This document shows, one piece after another, positions 35,931 through 51,896 of a DNA stretch of 64,000 bases. The translations under genes were made by a program, and so were the position numbers. The DNA lies in contig CAVUQH010000003.1 in NCBI GenBank assembly GCA_963743525.1, positions 928,001-992,000 on the forward strand, read 5' to 3'. Numbering within the stretch: position 1 is the stretch's first letter; every line of letters begins with the position of its first letter. The stretch comes from an uncultured delta proteobacterium (GTDB lineage Bacteria; Myxococcota_A; Polyangia; Haliangiales; Haliangiaceae). The notes below the pieces were generated by a model, which ran no database searches, was not told the DNA's origin, and worked only from the letters and a program-made list of their open reading frames with translations.

Positions 35931-38446
35931 GGCGACAGCTGGTGCCGCTGCTCGGCCTGCTGCTGGTCCTGGCCGGCACCGCGGCCGCCGGGTGGAAGGC
36001 GATCCGTGCCGCCGGCGCCGATCCGGATCCGCTCCTGCGCAAGCGGGCCGATGCCGAGCGCGTCTTCTATTACCGCATCGACGATCACTGGTCCGCTCGC
36101 TTTCCGGTTGCGCCGGGGACGCCGGTGGTCAAGCTGATCACCCACGCCGTGCTGCCGGCGGGCGCGCCCTACGATCCGTCGGCGCAGGTCGCCTACGCCG
36201 TGCGCGTGCGCGTGCTGGCCGGCGGTCGCGCGCTGTCGGACCGGGTGCTTCACGCGGTGTCGCGGCAGAGCAAGGCCGACCGCCGCGGAGATACCTGGCT
36301 GCACGAGAGCGCCTTCGTCCGCGATGGCTCGCTGCAGCTCGCCGACGACCGGGTGCTGCTGGTGACCTTGCCGTCGGGCGACACGCCACTCGACCTCGAG
36401 ATCTTGCCGGCCGGGACCGCCGGCGACGTGTTGGTGCGCGCCTATGCCTTCGCGCCGCGGTCGGTGACGGCGCGCCAGCAGCGGGAGAAGGTGCTGAGTG
36501 AGCGCGAGCGCGAGGCGCTGGTCGAGCGCTCGACCTGGCTGCCGTGGCCACTGGTGCCGTCGGCGGAGCGCTTCGCCCGCCTGCGCCTGCGCTATCAGCG
36601 GCTGTCGGCGCAGGGCGAGCGCGACGTCAACTACCAGCTGCGCACCGTCTACGACACCGGCTTCCGCGCGCCGGCCAGCGAGCAGCGCGGCGGGCAACCG
36701 GACCTGATCGACGCCAACCGCGGTCAGGCCGTCGACGTCGTCGGTCCGGCGATGTTGGCGGTCGAGGTGTCGCGGCCGGGCAGTACCCCCGGTCCGGCCG
36801 CGGTCGACATCGCCGACGTCAGTCCGGGACTGCCGGTCGCCGCCCGCATCGATCTTCCCGCCGGCACGCCGCGGGTTCAGGCCGCGCTCGGCATCGGCCC
36901 CGGGCTGCACAGCCTGCGCGCCACCACCACCAGCAGCGACCCGCTGGCGCTGGTGATCACCGGCGCGCCGGAGTCGCCGCTGGCCGCGTCGCGGTTCCTC
37001 GCCGACGGCCGGCGCGCGGCGGTGGCCGACGTCCGTCGCTTCCCGGTCTATCTGACCGGTGACGCCGCGCTGCCGGTGGTCGCCGCGGTGCCCGACGCGA
37101 CCGCTGCCTCGGCCCGCATCGTGCGCATCGACGCCCGTCTGGTCGCGCCGGCCGAGGGCGCACCGGCGCCGTCGTCGGCGCGGATCGAAGCCGAGTTGGT
37201 CGACGCCGCTGGCGCGGTGACCGCGCACATGGCCCGCGACCTGACTGCGTCGCCGGCGCCGTTCGAGCGGCTGGAACGCGCCGACGGCGCCGTGCTCCTG
37301 GTCTCCCAGCCGGTCAGCTCGCGCATCATCGTCCCCGCCGGCGCCGCGCAGATCACGTTTCACGCCGACGCGCCGGTGGCCCTGCGCCTGTACGCCTATG
37401 CACCTACCGAGTGGGCGCTCGAGCCGCCGTACGCCGACGTCGCCATCGGCGACCTGCGCTGGCGCTACGCGCCGCTGGCGGCGCGCAGCTGGTTGCCGGT
37501 CCATCCCGAGAACCGCGCCGCGCTCGAGCGCGCCGGCCGGCGCGCGCTGCTGGCGGGCGCCGCCCGATTGGTCGCCCCCGACGACGAAGCCGAGGGCGGC
37601 CACGGCCGCGCGGTGGCGCCGACCGTCGCCGTACGGCCACGCGGTGCCCCGGAGCGGCAGACCGTGCTCGACCCGGTCTCGCCCGAGGCGTACGGCGACG
37701 CCGTGGCGGCGTGGCCGATCGGCTCGCTCACCCGGCTGTCGCCCAGCCGCGCCACCCGCGTGGTCGCCGACCGCCGCACCGCCGGACGCGCGCGCATCCA
37801 CTACCGCGCCGAGCGCGCCGCCGTCGGCAAGACCCTGGTGGTCCGCGTCGACGGCGCCGTCGCCGCCCGCAGTCGGGTCGCCGCTTCGCGCGGGCGCCTG
37901 CGCTTGCGTTCGCTCGCACCCGGCGAGCACTCGGTGACCATCGAGGGTGCCGAGGTGGAGGCGTGGATCGACCGACCGCCCGCAGCCGGCGAGCCGGCCG
38001 CCATCGCCCGCCTGCGCACCGTCTACGCCCTCGACAGTCGCCTGACCGTGCCGGTGCGCCGGCGCGCCGGTCAGGCGACTGCGCTCGACGCCGTGATCTA
38101 CTACCCGGATCCGGCGGCTGCGCCCGGGGTCCGGCTGCGCGCGGTGATCGGCGGCACCCGCGCCGCGCGCGTCACCAGCCGCCTGGTCGCCCACATCACC
38201 CGCCTCGATCGCACGCTGTCGTTGCCGCCGGCCAACCGCAGGCGAGCGGCCGAGCTGGTCGATGCCCCAGGTGAGGCCGGCTATCCGCGTGTCATCGCCG
38301 TCCCGATCGGCGATGATCTGTCCGTGGGGACTCATTTGGTCGACCTCACGCGGGTGTCGGGGCCCCGTCTGTGGGTCCGCTTCTTCGTCACCGATCGCGT
38401 GGCCGAGTCGGGGGAGCGGGTGCAGGAGTGGACCTTCGAGGAGTAA
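35927..38446 (+). CDS. Secreted or membrane-anchored hypothetical protein of the cap-like operon
   Basis: N-terminal hydrophobic signal; beta-rich 839-aa body; ATGA overlap with the upstream gene. Confidence 0.7.
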
Positions 38447-39384
38447 TGGCGCGACGGATCATATTGTTGTCGGTGGTCGCCGGCTGTTCCACGCCGGGCG
38501 CCGGCGCCCCGGGACCGCGAGCGGCCGAGGTCGAGGAGCAGACGCTCACCTCGGCGGAGGCGATCACCGCGCTGTGGCCGGACGAGAGCCGCGTCGCGCT
38601 GGCGCCGACGACCGCGCGCGAGCGCGAGGCGATCTCCTGGTGGGTGCCGCGCCTGCTGGCCGGCGTGAGCCCCGACGAGCCCAGCTCCCTTGCCGGTGGT
38701 CCGGCGCTGCGCCGGGTCGGTCTGATCCTGCAGCTGTGGCAGGTGGACGGCCATCCGTACTGGGTGTTGCGCGAGCGACCGGGGGCGCGCCGCGGCGCCG
38801 GGACCTATCTGTTTCGCGCCGCGCCGGCGCCTGGCCGGGTGCTGATCCTGCAGGCGCCGCACGCCTATTACGACATCGACACCGGACCGATCGCCGCGCG
38901 ACTGTTCTTCACCGGCACCGGCCAGGCGCTGTTCACCAACACGTTGCACCGCTACCGCGCCGCGCCCGGGCCGACGCGGCGCGTGTCGCGCAGCGCGGCC
39001 GACGTCGCCCACGCGCCGTCACACCTGTTCGCTGCCGCGACCGCCGCGGCTGCCGGCTCGGCCAGCGTCACGGTCGTGCAGCTGCACGGCTTCGCCGACC
39101 GCGACGCCGGCGCGCAGCTGATCGTCAGCGCCGGTGACTCGCACGGGGCGACGCCGCTGGCGCGCGCCGCGGCCCGTGCGCTGACCGGCGCGCTGCCCGA
39201 CGTGGCGCTCTACCCCGAGCAGATTCGCGTGCTCGGGGGCACCACGAACGTGCAGAAGCGCGCGCTGGGCGACGACGACGAGTTCCTCCACCTGGAGATG
39301 TCGCGCGGCGTCCGGCGCACGCTGCTGCGCGAGCCCCGGGCCCTGGAAGCGCTGCGCAGCGCACTGGAGGGTGCCGCGCCGTGA
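38446..39384 (+). CDS. Lipoprotein, putative poly-gamma-glutamate hydrolase (PghP/DUF867-like Zn peptidase fold)
   Basis: Lipobox VAGC; LQAPHAYYD, VQLHGF, LGGTTNVQ and FLHLEMSRGVR resemble the APHGGGIE / SxHG / QLE motifs of PghP-type hydrolases. Confidence 0.6.
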   Translation: MARRIILLSVVAGCSTPGAGAPGPRAAEVEEQTLTSAEAITALWPDESRVALAPTTAREREAISWWVPRLLAGVSPDEPSSLAGGPALRRVGLILQLWQVDGHPYWVLRERPGARRGAGTYLFRAAPAPGRVLILQAPHAYYDIDTGPIAARLFFTGTGQALFTNTLHRYRAAPGPTRRVSRSAADVAHAPSHLFAAATAAAAGSASVTVVQLHGFADRDAGAQLIVSAGDSHGATPLARAAARALTGALPDVALYPEQIRVLGGTTNVQKRALGDDDEFLHLEMSRGVRRTLLREPRALEALRSALEGAAP

Positions 39385-42300
39385 GCCAGTGGCGGCTCGC
39401 CACGTTCGCCGCCTCAATCCTGGTCGCGTGGTCGCCGCTCGCGCGCGCCGATGACGGCGTGCGCTGGGAGGCGCACCCGGTGGCCTTTCCCGTGGCTCCC
39501 GAACAGGTGCGCCCGCGCGCGCCCGAGGTGCCTGCAGGTACGCCGACGCGCACCGGACCGGTCACCGTGGCGCCGGGCGCCGCCGCTGCGTTCCACCTGC
39601 CGCCGCTGTCGCTGGTGCGCGTGCGCGCGTCCGGTCCGGTTCACCTCTTTCGCATCAGCGGCGGCGGCGGGCGCGCGGTGCTGGAGGTGCCGGGCCGGCC
39701 GGTCGACCCGGGCACCCGCTATCTGGTTCAGCCGGTGGCCGGCGGCGGCACCTGGATGATCACCGCCGACCAACCGACTCGGGTCCGGGTCGAGGCGCCG
39801 CTGGTGTTGCGCGGTCGGTTGCGCTGGGAGCAGGCGCGCGCCGATCTCTTGGCCTGGATCGACCGCGGTGGGCCGTTGCCCGAGCTGCCGGTGGCGCCCG
39901 GCATCTCCCGGCTGGCGCTCGAGCTGCGGGCGCAGGCGGCGGTCGGCGCCGACCTCGTCCGCCGCGATGCGGCGCTGGCCGGCGCCGTGCGCGCGTGGCG
40001 GGCGGCGGCGGCGGTGATCGCGCTCGAGGTCGTGCGGCCGCGCACCGGCTGGGCCGAGCGCGGCGAGGCGGTGTCGCTGGGCGCCGGTGACCCGCTGCGC
40101 GAGCTGCCCGGTTACCGCGCCGTCGCCGCCGATCGCGAAGCCGCGCTCGAGCTCTCCGGACCGGGGGTGCTCGAGGTCGACCTGCGCGCGCTGGGCTTGC
40201 GCGCCGGTGAGCGGCGCGTGGTCACCGTCGAGGTCAGCAGCGGCGGGACGACGATTGCGCGCCGCGGCGGCGAGACCGGACCGGCGACCATCGACAGCGC
40301 CCCGGCGGCGGCCTTTCCCCGGCTGCGGCCGCGGCCGCTGGGCGCGGGACAGAAGCTGTCGCTGGCGCTGCCGCTCTACCTCGGCCGGCACCGCTACCGC
40401 GTACGTGTCGCCGGCGCACCGGCTGCGGTGCGCGCGCACGTCTGGCGTCGGCGGCCGCGGCTGGGCGAGGCCGCGGGCGGGAGCGGCGACCCCGACGCGC
40501 TGGCGCAGCGGGCTCGCGCGGCGCTGTCCGGGCGGCGCGGCCCGGCCGCCCGGGTGCTGCGCGGGTTGGTCGACCAGCTCGGCGGAGCGGCACCGGCGGC
40601 CGACGATCCGGTCGCGCGGGCGATCGCCGCCGCCACCGGCGACCCGGCTGAGCGAGTCGCCGCGGCGGTCGCGACCTTCGATCCCGAGACGCCGCGCAGC
40701 GCCGGTGTCGGTCTGTGCGAGCTGGGCTGGCGGCGCGCGCCGGTCGACGGTGCCGTGCGCGACAGCTGCCTGGAGCGCTGGTTCGGACAGTCCCGCTGGT
40801 CGCGCGTCGCCCCGGCGCCGCCGGCCACCGCCGCGCCACCGCCGCAGGCCTCGACCTGGATCGATCGCTCGCCATCTCCCGGCGGCCGCCTGGCGCTGTT
40901 GCCGGCCGGTCGGTCGACCGTGGTCGCGCCGGTCTCGCCGCTCGAGCCGGCGCGGCCGGCGGTACTGCGCCTGTACCTGGTCGCTGCAGCCGATCGCCGG
41001 GCGCCCATCGGTCTGTCGATCGATGGCCGGCGCTTCGCGGCGCTGCCGATGGACGACGCCGAGGTGGTCGACGTGGCGGTCACCCCTGGCCCGCACGCGC
41101 TGGCGCTGGCGGCGCCCGCAGGCGTTGACGTGCTGTCGGCGCTGCCGGTCTCCGGCGCGGACGCGGGGCCCGGTCGCGGTCGCTCGCTGCGCCGGCGCCG
41201 CTACCTGCCCGCGGCCGGGGTGCGCTACGCGTTGCCCGATGCGGGCAATCCGTCGCCGATTCGCGTCGAGCTTCGGCCGCCCGCCGGCGCCGCCGCGCGC
41301 GCGGTCACGGTCCGCTTCGACGTCGGCCGGCCGCGGCGGATCGCGCTCGTGCCCGGGCCGCGCGATCGCGACCTGCGACCGATGGGCGGGGCTCCGGCGC
41401 TGGCCGCGGGCGCCGACGTGGTGTTGTGGCCGCCGCCGGGGGCGCGCTCGCTGACCATCGACGGCGGCGACGATCTGTTCGCCGCCGTCTACGTTCGCCG
41501 CGACGGCGCCGCCGGCTCGGACGACGCCGACGAGCCGCCGCCGCTGGTACCCGCCGCGGCGCCCGGCTCCGGCGATCCGCTGGCCGACGTCGCCGCGCTG
41601 TCGCGTGAGCTCGTCGCGCATCCCGGCGACACCGGCCGGCTGATCGCCCGCGCCGACCGCCTGCTCGAGCTGGGCGAGCCGGGCTGGGCGCGCCACGATC
41701 TGGTGAGGGCCCGCGCCGCTGCCCGCGCCGCCGCCGACCGCGCCGCGACGTCGGCGCTGGAGCTGCGCATCGATGGCTGGCTCGACCCGGCGCACCTGCC
41801 GGTGCCGTCCGCGCCGCTGACCGGACCGACACCGCTGTCGGCCGGGCTGGTCGCGCTGGGCGATCGACCGACCGAGCTGGCGCGCTGGGTCCGCGTCGCC
41901 CGCGGCATCGACCGGCCGCCGGCCGACGCGCCGGCGTGGGTGCGCGCGCGGGTGGCCGAGCGCGACGGTGACGGCGAGGAGGCGGCGGCGATCCTGGCCC
42001 GCGCGTACCTGCCGGGCGCGCCACCGGCGATCGGCCTCGACGCGCTGCGCGCGCTGGTGCCGGTGCTCGAGCGGGCCGACGCAACCGCCAGCGCCCGGGC
42101 GCCGCTGGCCTACGCCATCGCGGCCGAGGTGCGCCGCGCCGTCGACCACCCGATCGCCCGGCGAGCCGCGGTGCTGGCCGCGCGCGCCAGTCGTTGGCAG
42201 GCGGTCGCGGGCGCCGACGACAGCGCCGGCTTCGAGCGCCTCTACGTGCCCCGCGACGAGGCCCGCTCCGAGCCACTGGCCTTGGTCGCCGCGCTGGTCG

Positions 42301-44029
42301 CCGCGCCGTGGCCGGACCGCGACGGGTCGATCGTCACCGGTGGACGCGCGGCCGCCTGGCGGGTCGACCTTTCGCGGCCGGTGACGGTGACGCCGGAGCT
42401 GTGGTGCGCCGCGATCCGCACCCGCCCGGACGGCGCCGAGCGGCCGTGCAAGGTCGACGTTCGCGTCGACGATCGCGCCGGTCCGGAGGTCGACGTGGCG
42501 CCACGCCAGCGGCTGCGCCTCGACGCCATCGCCCTGGGCGCCGGCCGCCACCAGGTGGAGGTTGCGCTGTCGCCGACCCGGGCGTCGGCGCTGGCGGTCC
42601 GCTTCGTCGCCGACCGGTCGCTGGGCGGCGCCGAGGATCGCGATCGGCGCCGGGTGCGCGCGCTGGTGGCCACCGCCGACCACCCGCTGCGGCTGACCGC
42701 CGCCGGCCCGGGGGCGCTGCGGCTGGTCGCGCGCCGCCGCGGCGCCGGCGCGACCCGGCTGTCGATCGTCGTGCGCGGGCCCGGCGGCGCCGCGGTGTCC
42801 CGATCGATGGCGCTGCCCGCCGACGCCGATCCGTCGGTGCTCGGCGACGCGCCCCGCAACCTCGAGGTCGGTCGCGAGGTCGACCTGGTGCTGCCGCTGG
42901 TCGCGGCCGGCGGTCACGTGGTCGAGCTGCGCCCGGATCACGGCGCGGTGCTGGTGACCGCATCGGTACGCGTGCCGGCGCCGGCCGAGCCGCCCGAGAG
43001 CCTGGCCTGGCAGCGCGCGACGGCGGCGCCACCGCCTTCGCCGTCGTGGCCGTACCTGGTGGACGTCGCGCCGATCGACGCGCCGCTGTTGTCGGCGGCC
43101 GAGCGCGCCTGGTTGCTGGGGCGAGGCGGCCACCCGCCGCTGACGCTCACCGCCATCGCCGGCGTCGGCCGCGACGACGCCGACACGGTTGGTCTGGAGA
43201 ACGGCGCCAGCATCACCCGCGGCCAGCTGCGCCTGCAGCTCCGCCGGCGCGCGCGCCCGTCGCTGTGGCTGGGCGCCGGGCTTCGCGCCCGCGCCTTCGC
43301 CGGCGGCCAGTCGTCGCTCGGTGGCGAGGTCGGCGCCGACTGGCGCGGAGCCAACGGACTGCGCGCCGCGGTCGACGGGCGGGCGCAGAGCCAGGTGGTC
43401 GATGGCGGCAACCGCATCTGGGGGCTGCGCGGCCGGCTCCGCGCCGGCGTGCGCGTGGGCCTGTCGCCGGACCTGTGGCTGGTGCCGACGCTGGCGTACA
43501 CCCAGCGCGACTACCGCGGTTCGCCGATCGATCAAAACGGCGTCGATCCGCTGGTGTGGAACAGCTACGGCGTCACCCACGACCGCGCCGCCGAGCTCAG
43601 CGCTCGCCTGCGCTGGCGGCCGCTGCAGGATGCGGCGGCGACCGCGTCGCTGTTCGCGGTCGCCAACCGCGGCCTGCGCAGCGTCGACCACACCGGCGTG
43701 GCGCTGGGCGTCGACGGCGTGATCTCCCGGCTGCCGCTGGGCCCGGCGACCTGGCACCTGGGCTACGCGCCCAACCTTCGCCTGGCCGACGCCGATCGCC
43801 CGCGTCGCTACCTGCGTCACGACCTGAGCGCGCGCTTGCGCCTGGCGGCGTGGACCGGCCGGCGCGGGCGTTTCGCCATCGAGCTGTCGGACCAGCTGTA
43901 CCTGTCGTCGATCGCGCCGGCGCGCAACGCGCTGTCGGTGGCGATTCGCTACGACCTCACCTCCGGCCGCGGCCTCGCCGACTTCTCGCCGGCGGAGGTG
44001 GCCTATCGCGACTTCGAACAGGAGCGGCT

Positions 44030-44045
<16 letters not shown>
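39381..44045 (+). CDS. Large secreted protein with TPR-like helices and C-terminal putative outer-membrane beta-barrel
   Basis: Signal peptide ending SPLARA-DD; TPR-like DTGRLIARADRLLELGEPGWARHDL; last ~300 aa are alternating amphipathic strands (e.g. NALSVAIRYDL). Confidence 0.65.
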
Positions 44046-48454
<4,409 letters not shown>

Positions 48455-48457
48455 CCC

Positions 48458-49030
48458 TCAGTTGAGGTCGAGGTCGGCGGGCGACCAGGGCACGGTCCGC
48501 GCCATGCTGCGGGCCAGCTGGGCGCCCAGCTCGCCGGCCAGACCGGCGGCCGCCTCTTCCAGTGCCTGGCTGTGCCACAGCTCGTCGGAGTGGGAGCCGA
48601 CGGCGAGCACGCCGAGGATCGCGCCATCCTTTTCCAGGCGCAGCGTGATCCGTTCCGGGCAGTCGGCGATGAGCACGCGGGCTGCGTCTTCCAGCGTTCG
48701 GCCCTGGGCGATGTTGCGACGGGCCTTGGCGACGACCTCCGCTGGGACCCCTTCGGCGGTGACCATCCACGACGCGACCACGGCGGCCCGCGTGGCCGGC
48801 GTCCTCTGCCGCAGCGCCGCGACCACCGAGCTGGCGCGCTCCTCGAGCGTGCGCCGCGGGTCGGCAAAGGCCTCGACCACGGTGGCGCGAATCGCCGCGC
48901 GCTCGGCGCCCGCGCCCACGACCGCCAGTTTCTCGGCCACGGCCCGGTCGTTGCGACGGCGCTGGACCGTGTGCAGGATCCAGCCGGCGGCGACCCCAAC
49001 AGCGGCAGTGACGATCAACGAGACGCTCAC
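48458..49030 (-). CDS. Hypothetical membrane-anchored protein (possible GAF-like C-terminus)
   Basis: N-terminal TM helix; LRLEKDGAILGVLAVGS...LEEAAAGLA. Confidence 0.6.
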   Translation of the reverse strand: MSVSLIVTAAVGVAAGWILHTVQRRRNDRAVAEKLAVVGAGAERAAIRATVVEAFADPRRTLEERASSVVAALRQRTPATRAAVVASWMVTAEGVPAEVVAKARRNIAQGRTLEDAARVLIADCPERITLRLEKDGAILGVLAVGSHSDELWHSQALEEAAAGLAGELGAQLARSMARTVPWSPADLDLN

Positions 49031-49134
49031 ATGGACAGAGTCGGACCGCGCGGCCGAGACTTTAGTGTTCCCACGATGTGCGCGCAGGTGGGCGAGCGTG
49101 ATCGCAGACGTTGCGCCGCGGGTGATTTCGTCCG

Positions 49135-50859
49135 ATGATCGAAGGAGTGCGCAGGCTCGAATTGGTGTTCGCGTGTGCGCTTCTCGGGGGGTGCCAGTGC
49201 GGTGGCGCGACCGGAGGGGCGATGTTCGATGGGGGGCCGGACGCCGTTTGGTCGGGGGATGGCGGCGGCAACGGTGATGGCGGTGGCAACGGTGATGCCA
49301 CCGGCGACGGCGACGCGATCGGCGACGGCGGCGCGACCGGCGACGGCGGTATCGCTCCGGCGTTGCGCATCTCCGAGGTCGTCCTCTACCCGGTGCACGA
49401 CTGGAGCGACTCCGACGGCGCGGGAACCCCGTGGGACGGCACCCCGGGAGGCGGCGCCGTCAACACCCGCGACCAGTACGTCGAGCTGTACAACGCCAGC
49501 CCCGACCCCATCGACCTCCACGGCTGGACGCTCGAGTTCATCGACGACACGCCCGCGACGACCGCGCTGTCGACGCACACCGACATCGGGTTGTCGGCCG
49601 GATCGACGCTGGACCGGCTGCTGCCCGGCGGCTACGCAATCGTCGGCAATCCGGACGGCTTCGCCTCCACCGACGTCTACATCGTCCTGCGCGACCCCGA
49701 CGGCACGGTGGCCGACGACGTCGAGATCGGCGGCAACGTGATGTCGCGCGATCCGGAGGGTGACGGCATCGGCGACGGAGCCCCCGCGGTCAACCTCAAC
49801 GGCTTCGCTCGCGGCGCGTTCGAGGAAGCGATCGCCCGGCCCGACGGCGCCGCCGACACGGACGTCAACCAGGTCGACTTCACCGCCATGCCGGCCACGC
49901 CGCTGGCGCCGAACATCCCGCCGGTGCCGCCGGCCGAGAGCGTACCGCCGACGGTTACCGGCAGCCCGTCGACCTCGACCTGGCCGGTGTCCCAGCTGGT
50001 GTGGATCCAGATGAGCGAGCCGATCGACGAGGGATCGGTGACCGCGTCGAGCGTGCAGCTGAGCGCGGGCGGCACGGCGCTGGAGATCCAGCAGTTCACC
50101 TTCGAGGACGACGACAGCCGCATCGTGCTGGCGCCGATCGGCCGGCTGCCGTACGACACCGACATCAGCGTCACCGTCCGCGGTGGTTCCTCCGGTGTCG
50201 CCGATCTGGTCGGCAACCGGCTGGCGTCCGACTTCTCGTTCACCATTCACACCGAGAGCGCGCCCGCCGACCCCGGCTCGGTGCTGATCAACGAGGTCGT
50301 CGTCTCGCCGGTGCGCGACTGGTCCGACGACGCCGGCGGCGACCTGCAGCCGTTTACGGCCACCCCGGGCAACGGCCTGGTCTCCTCGGAAGACGAGTGG
50401 ATCGAGCTGCTCAGCCGGATCGCCACGCCGACCGACATGAGCTCCTATTCGATCGTCGTCTTCGTCGGTGCCAACGATCTGGGCGGGTCGCGCAACGTCA
50501 CCCGGCTGGGCGCCGGCGGGCCGGTGCGGATCTTCGGCGCGGCGGCCAACCTGACGGCGATCGAGCAGGGCGACCGGATCGTGATCGGCAACCCGCGCGG
50601 AGCGCTGTACCACGACTGCTGGATCGAGCTGCGCGACGACGCAGGCCTGCTGCTCGACGCGGTCGAGATCGGCGGCAACGCGGACGCCGAGGACCGAGGC
50701 GGCGACGGCGTCAACAACGGCGCGCCGGGCGCGGGCTCCGACGGCCACTCGACCGGCACGACCGACGAGGCCATCGCCCGGGTGCCCGACGGCACCGACA
50801 CGGGCGACGACGTCGGCGATTTCGCCTACGCCACCGCCACCATCGGCACCGCGAACTAA
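49135..50859 (+). CDS. Acidic surface lipoprotein: two lamin-tail-like repeats flanking an Ig-like (Big_5-like) domain
   Basis: LGGC lipobox; GDG-repeat linker; LRISEVV...DQYVELYN and VLINEVV...DEWIEL; central MSEPIDEGSV...VADLVGNRLASDFSFT. Confidence 0.75.
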   Translation: MIEGVRRLELVFACALLGGCQCGGATGGAMFDGGPDAVWSGDGGGNGDGGGNGDATGDGDAIGDGGATGDGGIAPALRISEVVLYPVHDWSDSDGAGTPWDGTPGGGAVNTRDQYVELYNASPDPIDLHGWTLEFIDDTPATTALSTHTDIGLSAGSTLDRLLPGGYAIVGNPDGFASTDVYIVLRDPDGTVADDVEIGGNVMSRDPEGDGIGDGAPAVNLNGFARGAFEEAIARPDGAADTDVNQVDFTAMPATPLAPNIPPVPPAESVPPTVTGSPSTSTWPVSQLVWIQMSEPIDEGSVTASSVQLSAGGTALEIQQFTFEDDDSRIVLAPIGRLPYDTDISVTVRGGSSGVADLVGNRLASDFSFTIHTESAPADPGSVLINEVVVSPVRDWSDDAGGDLQPFTATPGNGLVSSEDEWIELLSRIATPTDMSSYSIVVFVGANDLGGSRNVTRLGAGGPVRIFGAAANLTAIEQGDRIVIGNPRGALYHDCWIELRDDAGLLLDAVEIGGNADAEDRGGDGVNNGAPGAGSDGHSTGTTDEAIARVPDGTDTGDDVGDFAYATATIGTAN

Positions 50860-50922
50860 CCCGCGCGGGCGCGACTTTGCGCGCACGAACTCGCGTTGGG
50901 CCGGCGCGAAAAACGCGGCCCG

Positions 50923-50959
50923 AAAATGAGCTCGGCGGCCCTAGTGGGCCGCCTGGCTC
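50923..50959 (-). terminator. Terminator-like hairpin closing the minus-strand structured RNA
   Basis: Minus strand GAGC-CA-GGCGGCCC-ACUA-GGGCCGCC-GA-GCUC followed by AUUUUC. Confidence 0.6.
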
Positions 50960-51886
50960 GTCGTTTCCCTTCTGAAGGAACAGGGTTCTGGCAGTTCTGC
51001 CGTCGCGTCACCGCAGCGACAGATGCCCCTCATGAAGTTGGTTGCTCTACAGAGTGTTATGAGCGCCGACGTAGTCTGGCTGTTGGGTTACCAGTCTCCC
51101 GCCTCGAGCTCGCCCTTTCGGACGGCCCGGCGGTTTTCCCTCGGCACCGGCCCCTGCGATCTTGCGATACACAGGTTCATCCTCTCGTGAGCTTCGCCTC
51201 TTCTTCAGGGTACATAGCTGCCTGTCACCCGCCTCGATGCCCGGAAGCATCGAAGCACCTCCTCTAGGGTCTTCCTCCCCATCGCGACATAGGCCTGCGG
51301 AGTCCACTCTCGACGAGGTTCCCGCCTCGTCTTCGTTCCGCCCTCAGCGTTTCTCGCGCTCTCGACGGTTTCCTCCTCCGCTGGCTTCGTGGGCTTGTTT
51401 CATCCCACTGCCACGTCCGGGATTCACACTCCAGGGGTTTCTTCCCGCTGCTCAGCCGTTTCCACCTCGTCGGTGGACCGTGCCCTCATGTCGGTTGGTG
51501 CTCTGTACCTGCCGTGAGCCGAAGCTCTCGGCGCCGGTAGCGGAGTACCCCGCCTCCAGGGCCTTCTTCCAAGCAGCGATCCGTTGCGTGACCCAGGTGG
51601 TTTAGACCTGGACCAGCTCGATCCCCTCCTGCGTTTTCACCCCCCGCGGGCTTCTCTCCGAGCACCTTGGCCCTGCCTTCACAGCGCCTCCGCTCATGGC
51701 CTTTTCCACCCGGGACTCGCTGTCCCCCGACTGGATGGCCTCCAGCGTCTCATCAGTGCTCGACCTGTTGATCTATCCCTAGACCGACTTCCCGTTCGAG
51801 GTTTCCGACCTGCCGACCCGCCCGCCGAAGCGAACGAACCAACGAGGCCCGACGTGCCAAACGGTCCATTACGACCGCCGAACAGT
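50923..51886 (-). ncRNA. Putative large (~960 nt) structured non-coding RNA of unknown family
   Basis: No ORF with the host codon bias; more than 10 hairpins with UUCG/GNRA loops and strand-specific G-U pairs on the minus strand; bounded by a sigma54 promoter and a terminator. Confidence 0.75.
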
Positions 51887-51896
51887 CGTGTGTCTT

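Noticed and set aside
42194..44029. N-terminal 612 aa of the 2086-aa ORF
   Set aside because: Arg/Pro/Gly-rich off-frame read-through overlapping the 39381..44045 gene; the RBS and GTG at 44030 are the plausible start
50923..51886. RNase P RNA, tmRNA, rRNA or group II intron identity for the structured element
   Set aside because: GGAGGAAACCGUC only loosely resembles the RNase P GAGGAAAGUCC; there are no tRNA-like ends, no GUGCG start or domain V, and no rRNA signatures
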